Source: Mobula hypostoma (Eukaryota). From it: 64,000 nucleotides of DNA. A model generated the notes under the pieces. The model ran no database searches. It was not told the origin of the DNA and saw nothing but the letters and a program-made list of their open reading frames with translations. Position 1 is the stretch's first letter. Each line of letters starts with the position of its first letter. The DNA lies in the NCBI RefSeq assembly GCF_963921235.1, contig NC_086108.1, positions 73,100,001-73,164,000 of the forward strand, written 5' to 3'. A program made the position numbers and the translations under genes. Of this stretch, positions 39,463-52,545 are shown piece by piece.

Positions 39463-40304
39463 ATATATAGGAATGTAAAATATATATGTATTTGAGAACT
39501 CCGCCAAATGAAATTCCTACTTCATAAATGTTACATTACTCTCAATGGCAGCACATTGCAGCATTAAGTACAATTTTGTAAAATAGTGATGCAGAGATAC
39601 TTTTCAATATGTTTTCAGTAAGAGTAAACAGCAAATGTGCCTATCAGCCAGCTGTAATTATTGAATTTACCTAGCTAATTCCATTCTCTGGGCTGCGGCC
39701 CTTCATTTTTATTGACATTTGTTAAATAGACAGACACAGACAAATAGGTTGAAATAACATTGGACAGTGTGATTAAATGTTATTAAAATTATTTGCTTGC
39801 CAATTAAAAGCAATGATATGACCAAATAATGTGCTCCCATACTATAACAGTGTCCTATGGCAATGTCGAGAGAGAAACCAAAAATAGTACCAAAATATTC
39901 ACATCATTAAAAAAATGTAGCCATGGCTTAAATAGCCAAAGCTTGAAAGGGCTTGAAATTTACACTAATGAACAAATCAATAAGGTTTCTTCTATGTTCC
40001 TGTACTAACAGCTCTGAATACTTAATAAGGCTACCGGTATTAAGTATGTACAAATCCTTGGAAGGATAATGTGACTGCCTTGGTAGTTCATTTTTAATTC
40101 TACACACAAATTTGGTGTAGCTTTTTATATTTAAGCTCGCTCAGAATGCGGCACTATCGATTGATTTTTATTTTATTTTCATTGGCCTTGCAGCTTAATC
40201 TTTAAATCTTCCAACACCATTTACTTCACATCCTTTCCACAGATTCAATATTGGCAAATGCAGGGAGTCATTACAGAAGTATCCTACTGTTTTAAATAGT
40301 TTTA

Positions 40305-40510
40305 CTTATTTTATTTAGAGATACAGCATGGACACCCTTCTGGCCCAATGAGCTCCAGCACCCAGAAACCCATCTATTTAACCCCAACATAATCACAGAC
40401 AATTTACAATGAACAATTATCCCATTAACCAGTAGGTTTCTGGACTTTGGGAGGAAATTGAAACACCTGGAGGAAACACGCACGTTCACAGGGAGTAACG
40501 TACAAACCTC
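40305..40510 (-). mobile_element. HE1/V-domain-like SINE
   Basis: Aligns with 16848-17072. Confidence 0.82.
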
Positions 40511-43500
40511 AATGAATATGTGCGAATAATCATTATTTGTCGCCAGTGTTCTTTTTTCATCGCTCCTACAAAATTAATTAGCTTAGCTGTACAGCTTTCT
40601 ATCCATTAATTTTGGACTTTAACTCACAATTTTCTAATTGGTAATCAAACAGTCAGTCATTATAGCATTTTTCACTGAAAATTGACTCAACGTCGTGGAC
40701 ACCAAAATTGAGTGAAGCAATGTTATTGAGCTTGACATTAATCTAGCTCAATAATGCTGCTGACGTTCCTCAAATGCCCATCTGCTGTATTCCTGTCATT
40801 TTTAAAGCCACGGGCTACAAACAATATTGGCTTTTTTCTTCAAATGTAGTGATCTAACCTGAAACAGAAATTTCCATCCTTATTTCGTGGACTGGACACA
40901 ATAAAACCAACCTCCAGTGGAAATTATTGAAAAAGGAAGTTCCTACCCACAGTAAATACAAAGTTTGTACATCCAAGGTGATTTTTTTAAAACCTTAAAA
41001 ACATAAAAGAATCTAGTCACGAGCAGACGTTTCACTCTTGACAAGCTCATTGATAGTTTCAGGCATTGCAAATTAATCTGATGTCATTTTTCATTCTTGA
41101 CCGGATTTCACACACCTGTGATCATCACTAAAGGACTGGGCGGAAAATTTGTAATCTGTCACCACATTTTTGTTGGCTAAATTGCTTGGGTAGACAGGAA
41201 ATTAGAGTAGCTTTTTTCAACAGCTCAGGTTGTGGTCTTTCATAGAAATGGTGCCCATGCAAGCACTGAGCCAAGCACATGAAGTTAAAAAAAAGAGAGC
41301 GGATGTTGTATTTGGCTCTGCTTATATTTAACTGCAGCTGTTAAGAAATGTGGCAGCACTAGAAAATGCAAGCCAGGCATCTGGGTTTAATTAGATGTGT
41401 ATGTAAGGTAGAAAAGAATTTTTAAACTACTTTGCAAACATTTGCCAGATTCAATCCTTTTTACTAGACAAAAAGGAGAACATGAATGAGGTTAGCGTGC
41501 TGGAGGGAAATGTATGGCAGTACTCTTTGCGTCTGTTCCCCCAGGCTGACCTTGCCAACGGAGATATGCTGTGAATAGTGGTACTAATTGCCTAGAATAC
41601 TAAATAAACCTATTCCACAGCAGGTGAATGCAAAAAACAGCTGCGCACTACACCAACAATAGGTGTTCATGCATGATGTAAATGCAAATTAAATAGCAAA
41701 AATGGACAATATTTTTTTGAGATAGTCTATAAATTAACTTTGCTTTACACGTTTGTTTTATTTGTTTCGACCACCTTCAGTGCAATTTCCCCAAACTCAC
41801 TTTGATCACATGGGCAAAAAGAGATCAAATAGATTTTAATAATATACTTCTTCGAATTTCCTTCCCCCATTCATAGAGATGTTGCACTGTGGTACAGATA
41901 TTCTGACATATGGCAAAAGACATACAATAGATAGCATTAGACTTCCAGTCATTCCATTGTGTTTAGCTGCTGAAACAGAATTAATTCCGTATGATTCATC
42001 CAGTTTCAAACTGACATTTATCAATTTTTATTGAAGTTGGAAGGCAAAATTGCTGGAAATACATTAAATTTAAAATAATATATGGCTGTCTAGATGGCTG
42101 CTTTCCAGCCTTGCAAACAGTGATTTACTTGGGAATAAAAATGCTAATTGGTTGCTGTTTGCTTCAACTTAATAAAAAGGAAATCACTTCAGGGTAACTT
42201 AGCAAATTTTATTTTTATGGCAGTTGGTAATCTATGACAAAACCTTGAAACCTATTTGTACATTTAATTATTGCAGACTTTTCTGAAGTTGATTTTTGAA
42301 GGCGGGTATTCATTTATCGAGGGCTAATGTCCATTTTATTAATATACAGTATCATTATAAACCAACATTGGGTGCCAGTGGAGTGGATTCAGTGCAGAGT
42401 TCATCATTTTCAAGAAAAGAAATATTCACTCTTCTTGATTGGCCAGTTAATAACATTTTCATCCTCCTGTTACACAAAGATTTCTGAACAATCAACTTAG
42501 ATACTTAGCTCCTTTGCATCAAACCTCACATTTTTATCAAAGGGCTGCAACAACCCATATTTTCGGGGTGCCTGATGTTATTGCAGGTAATTTAGCCACA
42601 CTCTGTTTCTTTTTTCACATTGGCTGAATTTTAATCTTCATGAAATTCTCCTTACATTGGGTTATTTCCCTGGTGTGCAAATGTGCAACAGTCATCTTCT
42701 CTATCTCAGTCAATATGATGGTCTGGCTATGAGAGGGTGACAAATGGGACCGGCAATCAGAGTGACCATTTTTATTCTGTCACAAGTATGATATACATCA
42801 ACATCCCCTATTTTATGCTATCACACAAAGTCAAAATCTATCCCAAAGCTATTTCGTCCATTTCTTCCAGTCCACACAGCTCTGCTGCATATTGGAGTCC
42901 CATGCACTCATGTTTTTTTTTAATCAGAAGCAATCAAAATGATCAATTGAAGTAAATTTCAGCTATGGCAATTGTATGCATTTACTCACAGAACAGTCAG
43001 AAGCATTAGTTGACTGCCTCTCCAGAGAGACCACCAATTTCTTTAATAAAGCAGCTTTGCTATATTTTCAAGGTTAGCTTGAAGCAGAGCAGCAATATAA
43101 ATTTGGAAAAAAATTGTTCAGAACCAACATGCAAAGAGGTTCAGAGAGGCAATTGGTAAATCCAGCAAGTTTTACCTTTATGATCATTTTGAATCGTCTA
43201 AATACTTTGGTGTCCAAGATAATTATGTATAATTCTAAGCACAGTGTTCATCTAGAGGGAAGTTTGTACTTTGTACTAAATAAGGTTATAAAAATACAGG
43301 GTCAGTCTTGTAGTCTGTACTTCTACACTTATCTTGAAAAATGACCCCATCATCTGTCTTCTCAGCATATTCTGATTTAAGTTCATACAGCATATATTAT
43401 ATTTGATATAGTTTATATCAAATAGGATCAATGCATATTCTCACAAAAGGATCATAACTCCATTCAGTTTCTAATAAAATGTTGTAAAATTATTTTCCAT

Positions 43501-44074
43501 CTGGCATGATCTGCACAGGAAATCTGGTCATTGTGGCAGAAATAATTTAGAGCTGAAGTTGTTTTATATTAACAGTGATGCTGCTCTGTGACTCAATCTT
43601 ATCACTTCTAGCCTGGTTGTCTTAAATGGGATAACTCCATTTTTACCTATAACCAACCTCCATGCCCCTGAGGTGTTTTTGTATGTACAATAATCCAACC
43701 AGGATGGTTCAGCATCTGGTTCACTCATTAGTCCGGAATGTGTGCCAGAGATCCAGAGTGCAGGTGAGGTATGTGAGCAGAGCAGGGAGGAAGGAGTCTG
43801 GCTGAGAGACATGGTTTAGACAACGTGCTGGGTATGCTGTCAGAGCCACAGTGCAAATGGAGTTCAAGGGGTCAGGAACATAGGTATGTTAGTTGCCAGA
43901 GTTAGGTTCTGAAATACTTCCTGCACACTTTAAATTCAATGAGTTCACTGGGAAATATACTGAACCAGCATGGAAGATGCATAAAAGAGTAAAATAAAAC
44001 CATGTTTAGGTATTAATAGGGGTAACATCCAATCGTTCGGAATATCTGCTAGTTTATCACCATCAAGGCCTCAA

Positions 44075-44530
44075 AAATACTGGATTAATGGATTTTTACT
44101 ATACGTGTTGTCAACTCCAGCTCCAATGAATGGGTCATGTCATCCAAATGCCTGACTCACATCTCCCCAGACACATCCTTTACTCCTAGTAGAAGGAAAG
44201 GCAGCATGCTCCTGGTGGGTAAGGGAAACACTTCAAAGATAACATCAAGAAGAAATTCAACATTACATCTGAAAACTGGGAAGACATCGTAGTTGAGACG
44301 CCTGGAGGAAAACTCTTCAAGAGGGAGCTGCGCTACATGAGAGCGACCTCTGCTATTACACAGCGAAGAACACCAGCTGCGAAAGGAGAGACCGAGCAAC
44401 CAAAAGTCACGGCCACCACTTACTCTTGCCTATGCTACACAAGAATATGTGGATCCCAGATCGGCCTCTACAGCCACCTGAACACACACCGATAGACAAT
44501 CTCTAAGGAGAAACTCATACTCGACTCAAG
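44075..44530 (+). mobile_element. RTE-clade LINE 3' end
   Basis: HLPRHILYS..KHFKDNIK..ENWED..; terminal C2H2-like C..RICGSQIGLYSHLNTHR*. Confidence 0.8.
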
Positions 44531-44744
44531 TAATCACACCATTGTACTTATTATTCCACAACATCAATAACTGTCAATACAATATCTGAAATGCAATTGG
44601 TAAAAAGAGACAAATGGAAAAGTGTTTCTCCAGACACAGAAGCACTGAGCAATATCAGAAAAGTTAACCTGAAGCTCCGGGTACTCAGGATGGGAAAAAA
44701 ATGCTATAGTGCTTTCTACAGAGCACAGTTACACACAGGTCATG

Positions 44745-44942
44745 CCTGTTGTTTATACTCCAATCGACATTATTTAAATTAGATTACCCTGGTTATTATT
44801 ACATTGCTACTCATGGAAGGCTGCTATGCACAAATTTGCTGCCTGTTTCCAGCATTACCACAGTGGCTTAGAAATTACTACAATGGTTGTGAAGAATTTT
44901 GATGTTGTAAGTCTTTAAAAAGCCCTATACAAATGCAAGACC
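44745..44942 (+). mobile_element. Deu-domain SINE (SacSINE1/AmnSINE1-like) 3' portion, old
   Basis: gattaccctggttattattacattgct..gctatgcacaaatttgctgcctgtttccagcattaccacagtg..ctatacaaatgcaag resembles the remembered DeuSINE body and tail. Confidence 0.65.
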
Positions 44943-45925
44943 TGATTTCTAATGGAATATAATCACACCATTAAATATTCATCATAGCGAGCATTCTCAT
45001 TATTATCAAAAATAAGGTGCATTTGGAGAATTTATTTGCACTGCTTAGCTAGTTGGTTTGAAGAGCTTGCTTTCATGCTGAATAGTGGAGTAATATAATT
45101 CACATCTAAAGCCATGCTTCCTGTGGTATCCATTTATACTTTGAATTTATAATCAGAGCCAATGTGCATTATGGCACATTATAAGTAGACTTTCTCCACT
45201 GTACCCTCACCCCACCTAAACCTTGCCACCACATCATAAGCAAGTGGATAATCTAATACTAATAGATGGTTTTTGGAGGTGCAAAATCATTAGCGCTCTC
45301 TCTGCTTTACCTTGCACAGAAAGGTTATAATAACCTGATATTTTTGAATATTATATAAAATCATCCAAATATTTATATCAGTAACAAGGATGGAAACCGG
45401 CGGAATTTCAGTGCAATAAAATTGTATTTGAAACAAATCAGCTTTACATTTGCTTATTCTCACCTTTTAAATTATACCCAAGGTGCAGATCTATTTTAAC
45501 TGCTTTTTAGTGGAGAAAAAACTATCACTGTAATTCTGTAACAGATAGTGACAGGAATGATCGCAATGAGAAAGGCATGGTTAAGGTTAAGATTAGGAGG
45601 CAAACCGGGAATGGTGCAAATACAAATGGGAATTAATCTGAGGAGGGTAAAGATGTTGGGGAAATAAGGAACACACCGAGAGCTTGCAGTTTGGCAGTTT
45701 CAGTGGATAAAGGGATAACTTTCAAAGAACTGAAGTTAACCATGATGCAGAGAGGAAGGGAGAATGGAAGCATGGCTGTGGATGTGAAATACATCACTGA
45801 ACTATTGGTCCATGGAGATCTACAGCATGGAACCAGGCACTTCTCCATACCACCTTCTTGACGGATAGCGGAGTAGAAGGGTGCACAGAAATTGCACAGA
45901 AGAGGAATTGAGGCCAGTGTAGATT

Positions 45926-46045
45926 TGTCCTGAAGAAGGGTCTCGGCCTGAAATGTCAATTGTTTATTCATTTCCATAGACACTGCCTCTCTGCTGAGTT
46001 CCTCCAGAATTTTTTATGTGATGCTTTGGATTTCAAGCATCTGCC
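45926..46045 (+). mobile_element. Hammerhead-repeat copy nested in an old CR1 3' UTR
   Basis: gtc-ctgaaga-agggtctcggcct-gaaa-tg-tc followed by the family tail; CR1 UTR on both sides (gaggccagtgtagatt | gccatgatcacc). Confidence 0.85.
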
Positions 46046-46379
46046 ATGATCACCTTAAATAGGGGGACAGGCTTGAACCCCCGACTACTGCTTGTATTGT
46101 ATTATGTTCTTCCCAGCTCCACACCCTTCTTCTCCACAATACCCTTGGCCAGATAAGAAAAGTGGAGTGGTGGGGATAAGTCATTAAGTTTAGACGGTTT
46201 ACTTATTTCACTAATATTATCATAATTAAATTTCAAGTATCCGAGCTCTCACTACAGGAAGAGGTTAATGGATCAATGTCACAGCCTAAGGGTAGCAGCA
46301 GTGCAGTGTCATGATCAAAGAGAACGAAAGGTAGATCACCTACATGGTCTGGAAGCCAACAGCAAAACCGAGGGGTGTA

Positions 46380-46550
46380 ATGCTGTTTTAAGGGGGAGGT
46401 AGAAAGATTCCTGATGAGCAAGAGAGTCAACGGTTAAAAGGGGTTGGTAGAATATGAAATTGAAATTACAGTCAGATGAGCCATTTTGTTACAGAATGGC
46501 TGAGCAGGCACGTGAGGCTGAGTAATCTACTCCTGCTGTTAACTCCTGTG
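46380..46550 (+). mobile_element. Old CR1 3' UTR fragment
   Basis: tttaagggggaggtagaaagattcctgatgagcaagagagtcaa..tctactcctgct. Confidence 0.65.
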
Positions 46551-48459
46551 TGGATGCCCCATTTGAGAAAATGCTAACCTGGTCTTTCACCTTCTCATAT
46601 TAATTTAATTGCAAAGCCTATTAAAAGCTTTCCAACGTTTTACTTAGTACCAGCAGTCAACTTAGAATGTCAGTGAGTTCCTTGAGATTTATTGCAGAAT
46701 TTCAAACTGTCAATTATACCTATACTTTAGCCATCCTGATAATGTTCATTCTATTCATAACATTATATCCAGCCTACATTATTTCAGGAGATAGTCTGGA
46801 TCAGCTAACCATATGATTACCTTCAGTTCCTTTCTACAAAGTTGACATCAGTACCATTTTAATTACATATTTTCCCTCTTATTTTGGATATCCTGTTTTT
46901 CTCTGTTTTTTACCACAGTCATGTGTTTGCTCATTTGCCCTACTCCCAACATCTATGCACATATTCAGCATGAGCATCTGTTGTCACCTGGAATCAGGTA
47001 AATTATTACTGAAACTTGTTTAAACACACAGCTTTTCATGCCCATGTGTCATTAACAATACACACAGCTGTTTAAACTAACTTCCACTCTCTCAGCCTAC
47101 CCTGACAGCTATTCTGTGTAAACTCTCTGACCTTCTGTGCTGATCAAGATTTTAACCCTTTAGAAAAATTCAGGTGTACGCATATTTCACCATAGATGAA
47201 TAATTTATATGATGATGTATGTTGCAGTGTATCAACTTTCAGTAGCTCTGATCATGTTATTAGTTGCTTTGTTAGTACCAATTGGGCCTGGAGGAGGTGA
47301 TTATTGCACACAGAAGCCTAACCCTTATCATAAATATTTCTTCTGCACCTCTTTCTCCATTTCTCTTTTCTTCTCCAACGTGTCAACATCTAATCCCTTT
47401 TATGAAAGTAACATCATTGTGATTCAGTTCAATTTCAATATTGCTGATGATAAAAACCTCTTCAGGAGTTGAGATACTACATGGATCCTATTGACATTTG
47501 TTAAAATAACTTTCATTGAGATTTACATAAATTTGAGCATTGTTACATTCATGGAAGATGCATTACTTTTTTATTTATGTTTTCAGAAGCGAAAAAGTTA
47601 GTACGTAGTTCTATCTCATTAATTATTGATAGAAAATCTTAGTCTACATATACTTAATGTTACTCATAAATATGGCAATTCATGGTTAATATAAGTCTTT
47701 GATCAATAGACATAGAACAAGTTGGTTTTAATTTGCAACGTTGATGATGGGCTGCTAATCAGATAGAATGCAATATATCAGGTGAGTTGAGAGAAAGAAC
47801 GCTATTATTAGATCAAAGACCAAATGTCAGATGAATAGGAATGTTATTTTAGGTTCAAATCCAAATTCCCCGAAAGTTAGAGGATCAGAAGAGGAATAAG
47901 GGTGTATTCTTCATTTCTTCATTTCACAAATAACTTTTGACATTTGAAACATGTTAGTACCTACAGTGGAACACACAAGTATTTCTGAAGGTAAGTTTTA
48001 ATTAGACTTATGGGCCTTTATGCCCTAGTCAGTTTACTGAGGGCTGAATCTTATGTTGTATCACGAAGGAGGAATATGTGCAAAAGCAATCCAAATGTCA
48101 AGAAATCTCTCCCGCTCCCCCCCCCACCTCCCTCAGTGAATAGCACTAAACACACTGTTTAGCAGTAACACACTGCACTCTGCTTTTGAAATTTAGTACC
48201 ATCAGCTCGCATACGCTTGGCAGTTACATACTAAGCTGCCAGCAGTAACTCCACAGAGATCTCATAGTTAGGAGCTCCTGCTTAAATGTGGAGGATACAA
48301 ATTTGCAGTGATTTTCTGGCTGTGTTCCAACAGTGGACTCCACACAGAGAATGAATTTACTAAATTTCTTTCACCTATTTTGGAGAATCTGCCTGCAAAA
48401 CCTGCAACAGGTTAGGCCTGATTAGGCCTGATGCAGGAACAATGAGCCCATTCATCTGT

Positions 48460-48815
48460 GTCTATTGAATGGTTACATTTTCAAACTACCAATCTGTGGG
48501 AATCATTTGAGAATGTATGAAACTTTTGGAAGATGCCAATCAGTGCATTCACTGTTCCCAAAGCAACCTCCTTTAAATCCCGTAGATGAAGGTTTTCAGG
48601 GCCTGACAAATTAATTTTTTCAATACGATTTTTTGTTACCAACTCTACTTTTTTTGAAGTCTTCATTTGTTCTAGTCCTGTAGGTCTCTACAATTTCCAG
48701 TAATTTGACTGTGTCTTCTTATTCCATGAGGACTGACAATAAGTATTCAATTTCTCTGCCATTTTCCTTATTCCCAAATATAATTTCTCCTGTTTCACTC
48801 TGTAGTGGACCTAAT
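48460..48815 (-). mobile_element. Old CR1 ORF2 fragment
   Basis: SGPENLHLRDLKEVALGTVNALIGIFQK. Confidence 0.75.
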
Positions 48816-49011
48816 TATCAGAATTAGAATGAGAATCAGTATAATATCACCAGTATATGTCATAAAATTTGTTGTTATATATATATATATCTATAAAACA
48901 AATAAATTAACTAAGTAGTGCAAAAAGCAAGGGAAAATACTGAAGAAGTGTTCATGAAATGCTGCATGTGTCTTCAGGCTCCTGTGACTCCACCTCGAGT
49001 CTGGTTCTGCA

Positions 49012-49545
49012 GTGCAGAAAGGAGGGTGGAAGAATAGGACAGCGATAGTAATGGGGAACTTGATAGTTAGAGGTACAGAAAGGAGGTTCTGTGGTCGTGA
49101 CAGAGACTCCCGGATGGTTTGTTGCCTCCCGGGTGCCAGGGTCAGGGATGTCTCTGATCGCGTGCACAGCATTCTGAAGTGGGAGGGTGATCAGCCAGAT
49201 GTCATGGTGCATATCGGTACCAATGACGTAGGAAGAAAGAGTGAGGAGGTCCTGAAGAGTGAGTATAGACAGCTTGGTAGGAAGTTAAAAAGCAGGACCT
49301 TGAGGGTGGTAATCTCAGGATTGCTACCTGTGCCACGTGCTAGTGAGGGTAGGAATAGGATGCTCTGGCGGATGAACACATGGCTGAGGAACTGGTGTAG
49401 GGGCAGGGTTTCAGATTTCAGGATCATTGGGACCTCTTCTGGGGCAGGTGGGACTTGTACAACAGAGACGGGTTACACCTGAACTACAAGGGGACCAAAA
49501 TCATTGCAGGGAGGTTTGTTAGTGCTTTTGGGGAAGGTTTAGACT
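49012..49545 (+). pseudogene. CR1 ORF1p SGNH/GDSL esterase domain
   Basis: AIVMGNLIVRG (block I, GDS degenerate), CLPGA (block II), VHIGTND (block III), and after a frameshift RDGLHLN (DxxH, ~49465-49485). Confidence 0.9.
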
Positions 49546-49659
49546 AGATTTGCTGGGGATGGGAACCAGAGTGGCAGAGCAGATACTGGAGCGGGGGTGA
49601 ATATAAATGATGTTAAAAGTTCATGCAAAGTCACAAATGGAAGGGTTGTGTGTTGTGAT

Positions 49660-52545
49660 AATAATCTTCTGAGGTGTGTCTTTCTCAATGCAAGGAGTAT
49701 TGTGGGGAAGGCTGACGAGCTGAGGGCATGGATTGACACATGGAATTACGACATTATAGCCATTAGTGAAACTTGGCTACAGGAGGGGCAGGACTGGCAG
49801 CTTAATGTTTCAGGGTTCTGATGTTTCTGATGTAATAGAGGCAGAGGAATGAAGGGTTGGGGGGCGGGTGGCATTGCTAGTCACGGAAAATGTTACAGCA
49901 GTGCTCAGACAGGACAGGCTAGAGGGCTTGTCTACCGAGACCATATGGGTGGAGCTGAGAAACAGGAAAGGTATGACCACATTAATGGGGTTGTATTATA
50001 GACCACCCAATAGTCAGTGAGAATTGGAGGAGCAAATCTGCAGAGAGATAGCAGACAACTGCAGGAAACAAAATTGTGGTGGTAGGGGATTTTAATTTTC
50101 CACATATTGATTGGGACTCCCATACTGTTAGGGGTCTAGATGGGTTAGAGTTTGTAAAATGTGTTCAGGAAAGTTTTCTAAATCAATATATAGAGGTACC
50201 AACTAGAGAGGACGCAATATTAGATCTCCTATTAGGAAACGAGTTAGGATAGGTGACGGAAGTGTGTGTAGAGGAATACCTTTTTTCCAGTAATCATAAC
50301 ACCATTAGTTTCAGCTTGATCATGGATAAAGATAGATCTGGTCTTCGGGCTGAGGTTCTAAACTGGAAAAAGGCCAAATTTGAAGAAATGAGAAAGGATC
50401 TAAAAAGCGTGGATTGGGACAGGTTGTTCTCTGGCAAGGATGTGATTGGCCTTCAAAGGAGAAATTTTGAGAGTGCAGAGTTTGTATGTTCCTTTCAGAA
50501 TAAGAATAAGGAACCTTCTTTCTCAAGGGATATTGCAACTCTGATAAAGAAGAAAAGAGAGATGCATGACATGTATAGGAAACGGAGCAAGTAAAGTGCT
50601 TGAGGAGTATAAAAAGTGCAAAAAATACTTAAGAAAGAAATCAGGAGGGCAAAAAGAAGACATGAGGTTGCTTTGGCAGTCAAGGTGAAGGATAATCCAA
50701 AGAGCCTCTATAGGTATATTAAGAGGAAAAGGATAGTAAGGGATAAAATTGGTCCTCTTGAAGATCGGAGTGGTCAGCTATGTATGGAACCAAAAGAAAT
50801 GGGGGAGATCTTAAATGGTTTTTTTTGCGTCTGAATTTACTAAGGAAACTGGCATGGAGTCAATGGAAATAAGGCAAACAAGTAGTGAGGTCGTGGAACC
50901 TATACAGATTGAAGAGGAGGAGGTGCTTGCCATCTTGAGGCAAATCAGAGTAGATAATTCCCCAGGACCTGACAGGGTATTCCCTCGGACCTTGAAGGAG
51001 ACTAGTGTTGAAATTGCAGGGACCCTGGCAGCTATATTTAAATGTCAGTTTCTACGGGTGAGTTGCTGGAGGATTGGAGGATAGCTCATGTTGTTCCGTT
51101 GTTTAAAAAAGGCTCTAAAAGTAATCTGGGAAATTATAGGCCGGTAAGTTTGACGTCGGTAATAGGTAAATTTTTGGAAGGAGTACTAAGTGATACGATC
51201 TACAAGTATTTGGATAGACAGGGACTTATAAGGGAAAGTCAACATGGCTACGTGCGTGGTAGGTCATGTTTGACCGATCTATTGGAGCTTTTCGAGGAGG
51301 TTACCAGGAGAGTGGATGAAGGGAAGGCAGTGGATGTTGTCTACATGGACTTCAGTAAGGCCTTTGACAAGGTCCCGCATGGGAGGTTAGTTCGGAAGAT
51401 TCAGTCGCTAGGTATACATAGAGAGGTTGTAAATTGGATTAGACATTGGCTCAATGGAAGAAGCCAGAGAGTGGTAGTGGAGGATTACTTCTCTGAGTGG
51501 AGGCCTGTGACTAGTGGTGTGCTGCAGGGATCAGTGCTGAGTCCATTGTTATTTGTCATCTATATCAATGATCTGGATGATAATGTGGTAAGTTGGATCA
51601 GCAAATATGCTGATGATACAAAGACTGGAGGTGTAGTAGACAGTGAGGAAGGTTTTCAGAGCCTGCAGAGGGACTTGGACCAGCTGGGAAAATGGGCTGA
51701 AAAATGGCAGATGGAGTTTAATACTGACAAGTGTGAGGTATTCCGATTGCGTCACCTCTGTTCTGGGCCAGCACCTAATTAATTAGCTTGTTTATTTTGG
51801 CTTTTTTCTTAAAGATGTACTGGGTGCGTCCTGGCCAGTGCTGCACCCCTGCATGCTTTGCGGCAATGTATTGGTCCACAGCCTGGAGTTTGGGGACCAC
51901 TGTAGTAGAAGAGGGATCTGGGAATACAGATACAAAAATTCCCTAAAAGTGGTGTCACAGGTAGATACGGTCATAAAGAGAGCTTTTGGTACATTGGCCT
52001 TTATAAATCAAAGTATTGAGTATAAGAGCTGGAATGTTATGATGAGGTTGTATAAGGCATTGGTGATGCCGAATCTGGAGTATCGTGTTCAGTTTTGGTC
52101 ACCAAATTACAGGAAGGATATAAATAAGGTTGAAAGAGTGCAGAGAAGGTTTACAAGGATGTTGCTGGGACTTGAGAAACTGAGTTACAGAGAAAGGTTG
52201 GATAGGTTAGGACTTTATTCCCTGGAGCGTAGAAGAATGAGGGGAGATTTGATAGAGGTAAATAAAATTACGATTTTATAGATAGAGTGAATGCAAGCAG
52301 GCTTTTACCACTGAGGCTATGGGAGAAAAGAACCGGAGGACATGGGTTAAGGGTGAAGGGGGAAAAGTTTAAAGGGAACATCAGGGGGGGTTTCTTCACA
52401 CAGAGAGTGGTGGGAGTGTGGAATGAGTTGCCAGATGAAGTGGTAAATGCGAGCTCACTTCTAACATTTAAGAAAACCTTGGACAGGTACATGGATGAGA
52501 GGTGTATGGAAGAATATGGTCCACGTGCAGGTCCATGGGACTAGG
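49660..52545 (+). pseudogene. CR1 ORF2p, AP-endonuclease + reverse transcriptase
   Basis: LRCVFLNARSIVGK, IIAISETWL, VGDFNFP, GNYRPVSLTS, YMDFSKAFDKVPH, QGSVLSPLLFVIYINDL, KYADDTK, FFTQRVVGVWNELP. Confidence 0.95.
51741..51902. mobile_element. Single end of a Charlie-like hAT element inside CR1 ORF2
   Basis: Ends gcctggagtttggggaccactg (rc CAGTGGTCCCCAAAC); shares catgctttgcggc with the hAT end at ~4849-4861; interrupts CR1 after DKCEV. Confidence 0.8.

Noticed and set aside
41836..42024. 62-aa minus-strand ORF with an acceptor-like site
   Set aside because: No recognisable domain; length expected by chance
43703..43768. Possible plus-strand exon (DGSASGSLISPECVPEIQSAGE)
   Set aside because: Weak polypyrimidine tract and no recognisable homology
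48333..48409. Possible plus-strand exon (GLHTENEFTKFLSPILENLPAKPAT)
   Set aside because: Splice-like signals only; peptide unrecognised and cannot be supported without RNA-seq
48412..48432. ttaggcctga tandem duplication
   Set aside because: Simple 10-bp slippage duplication
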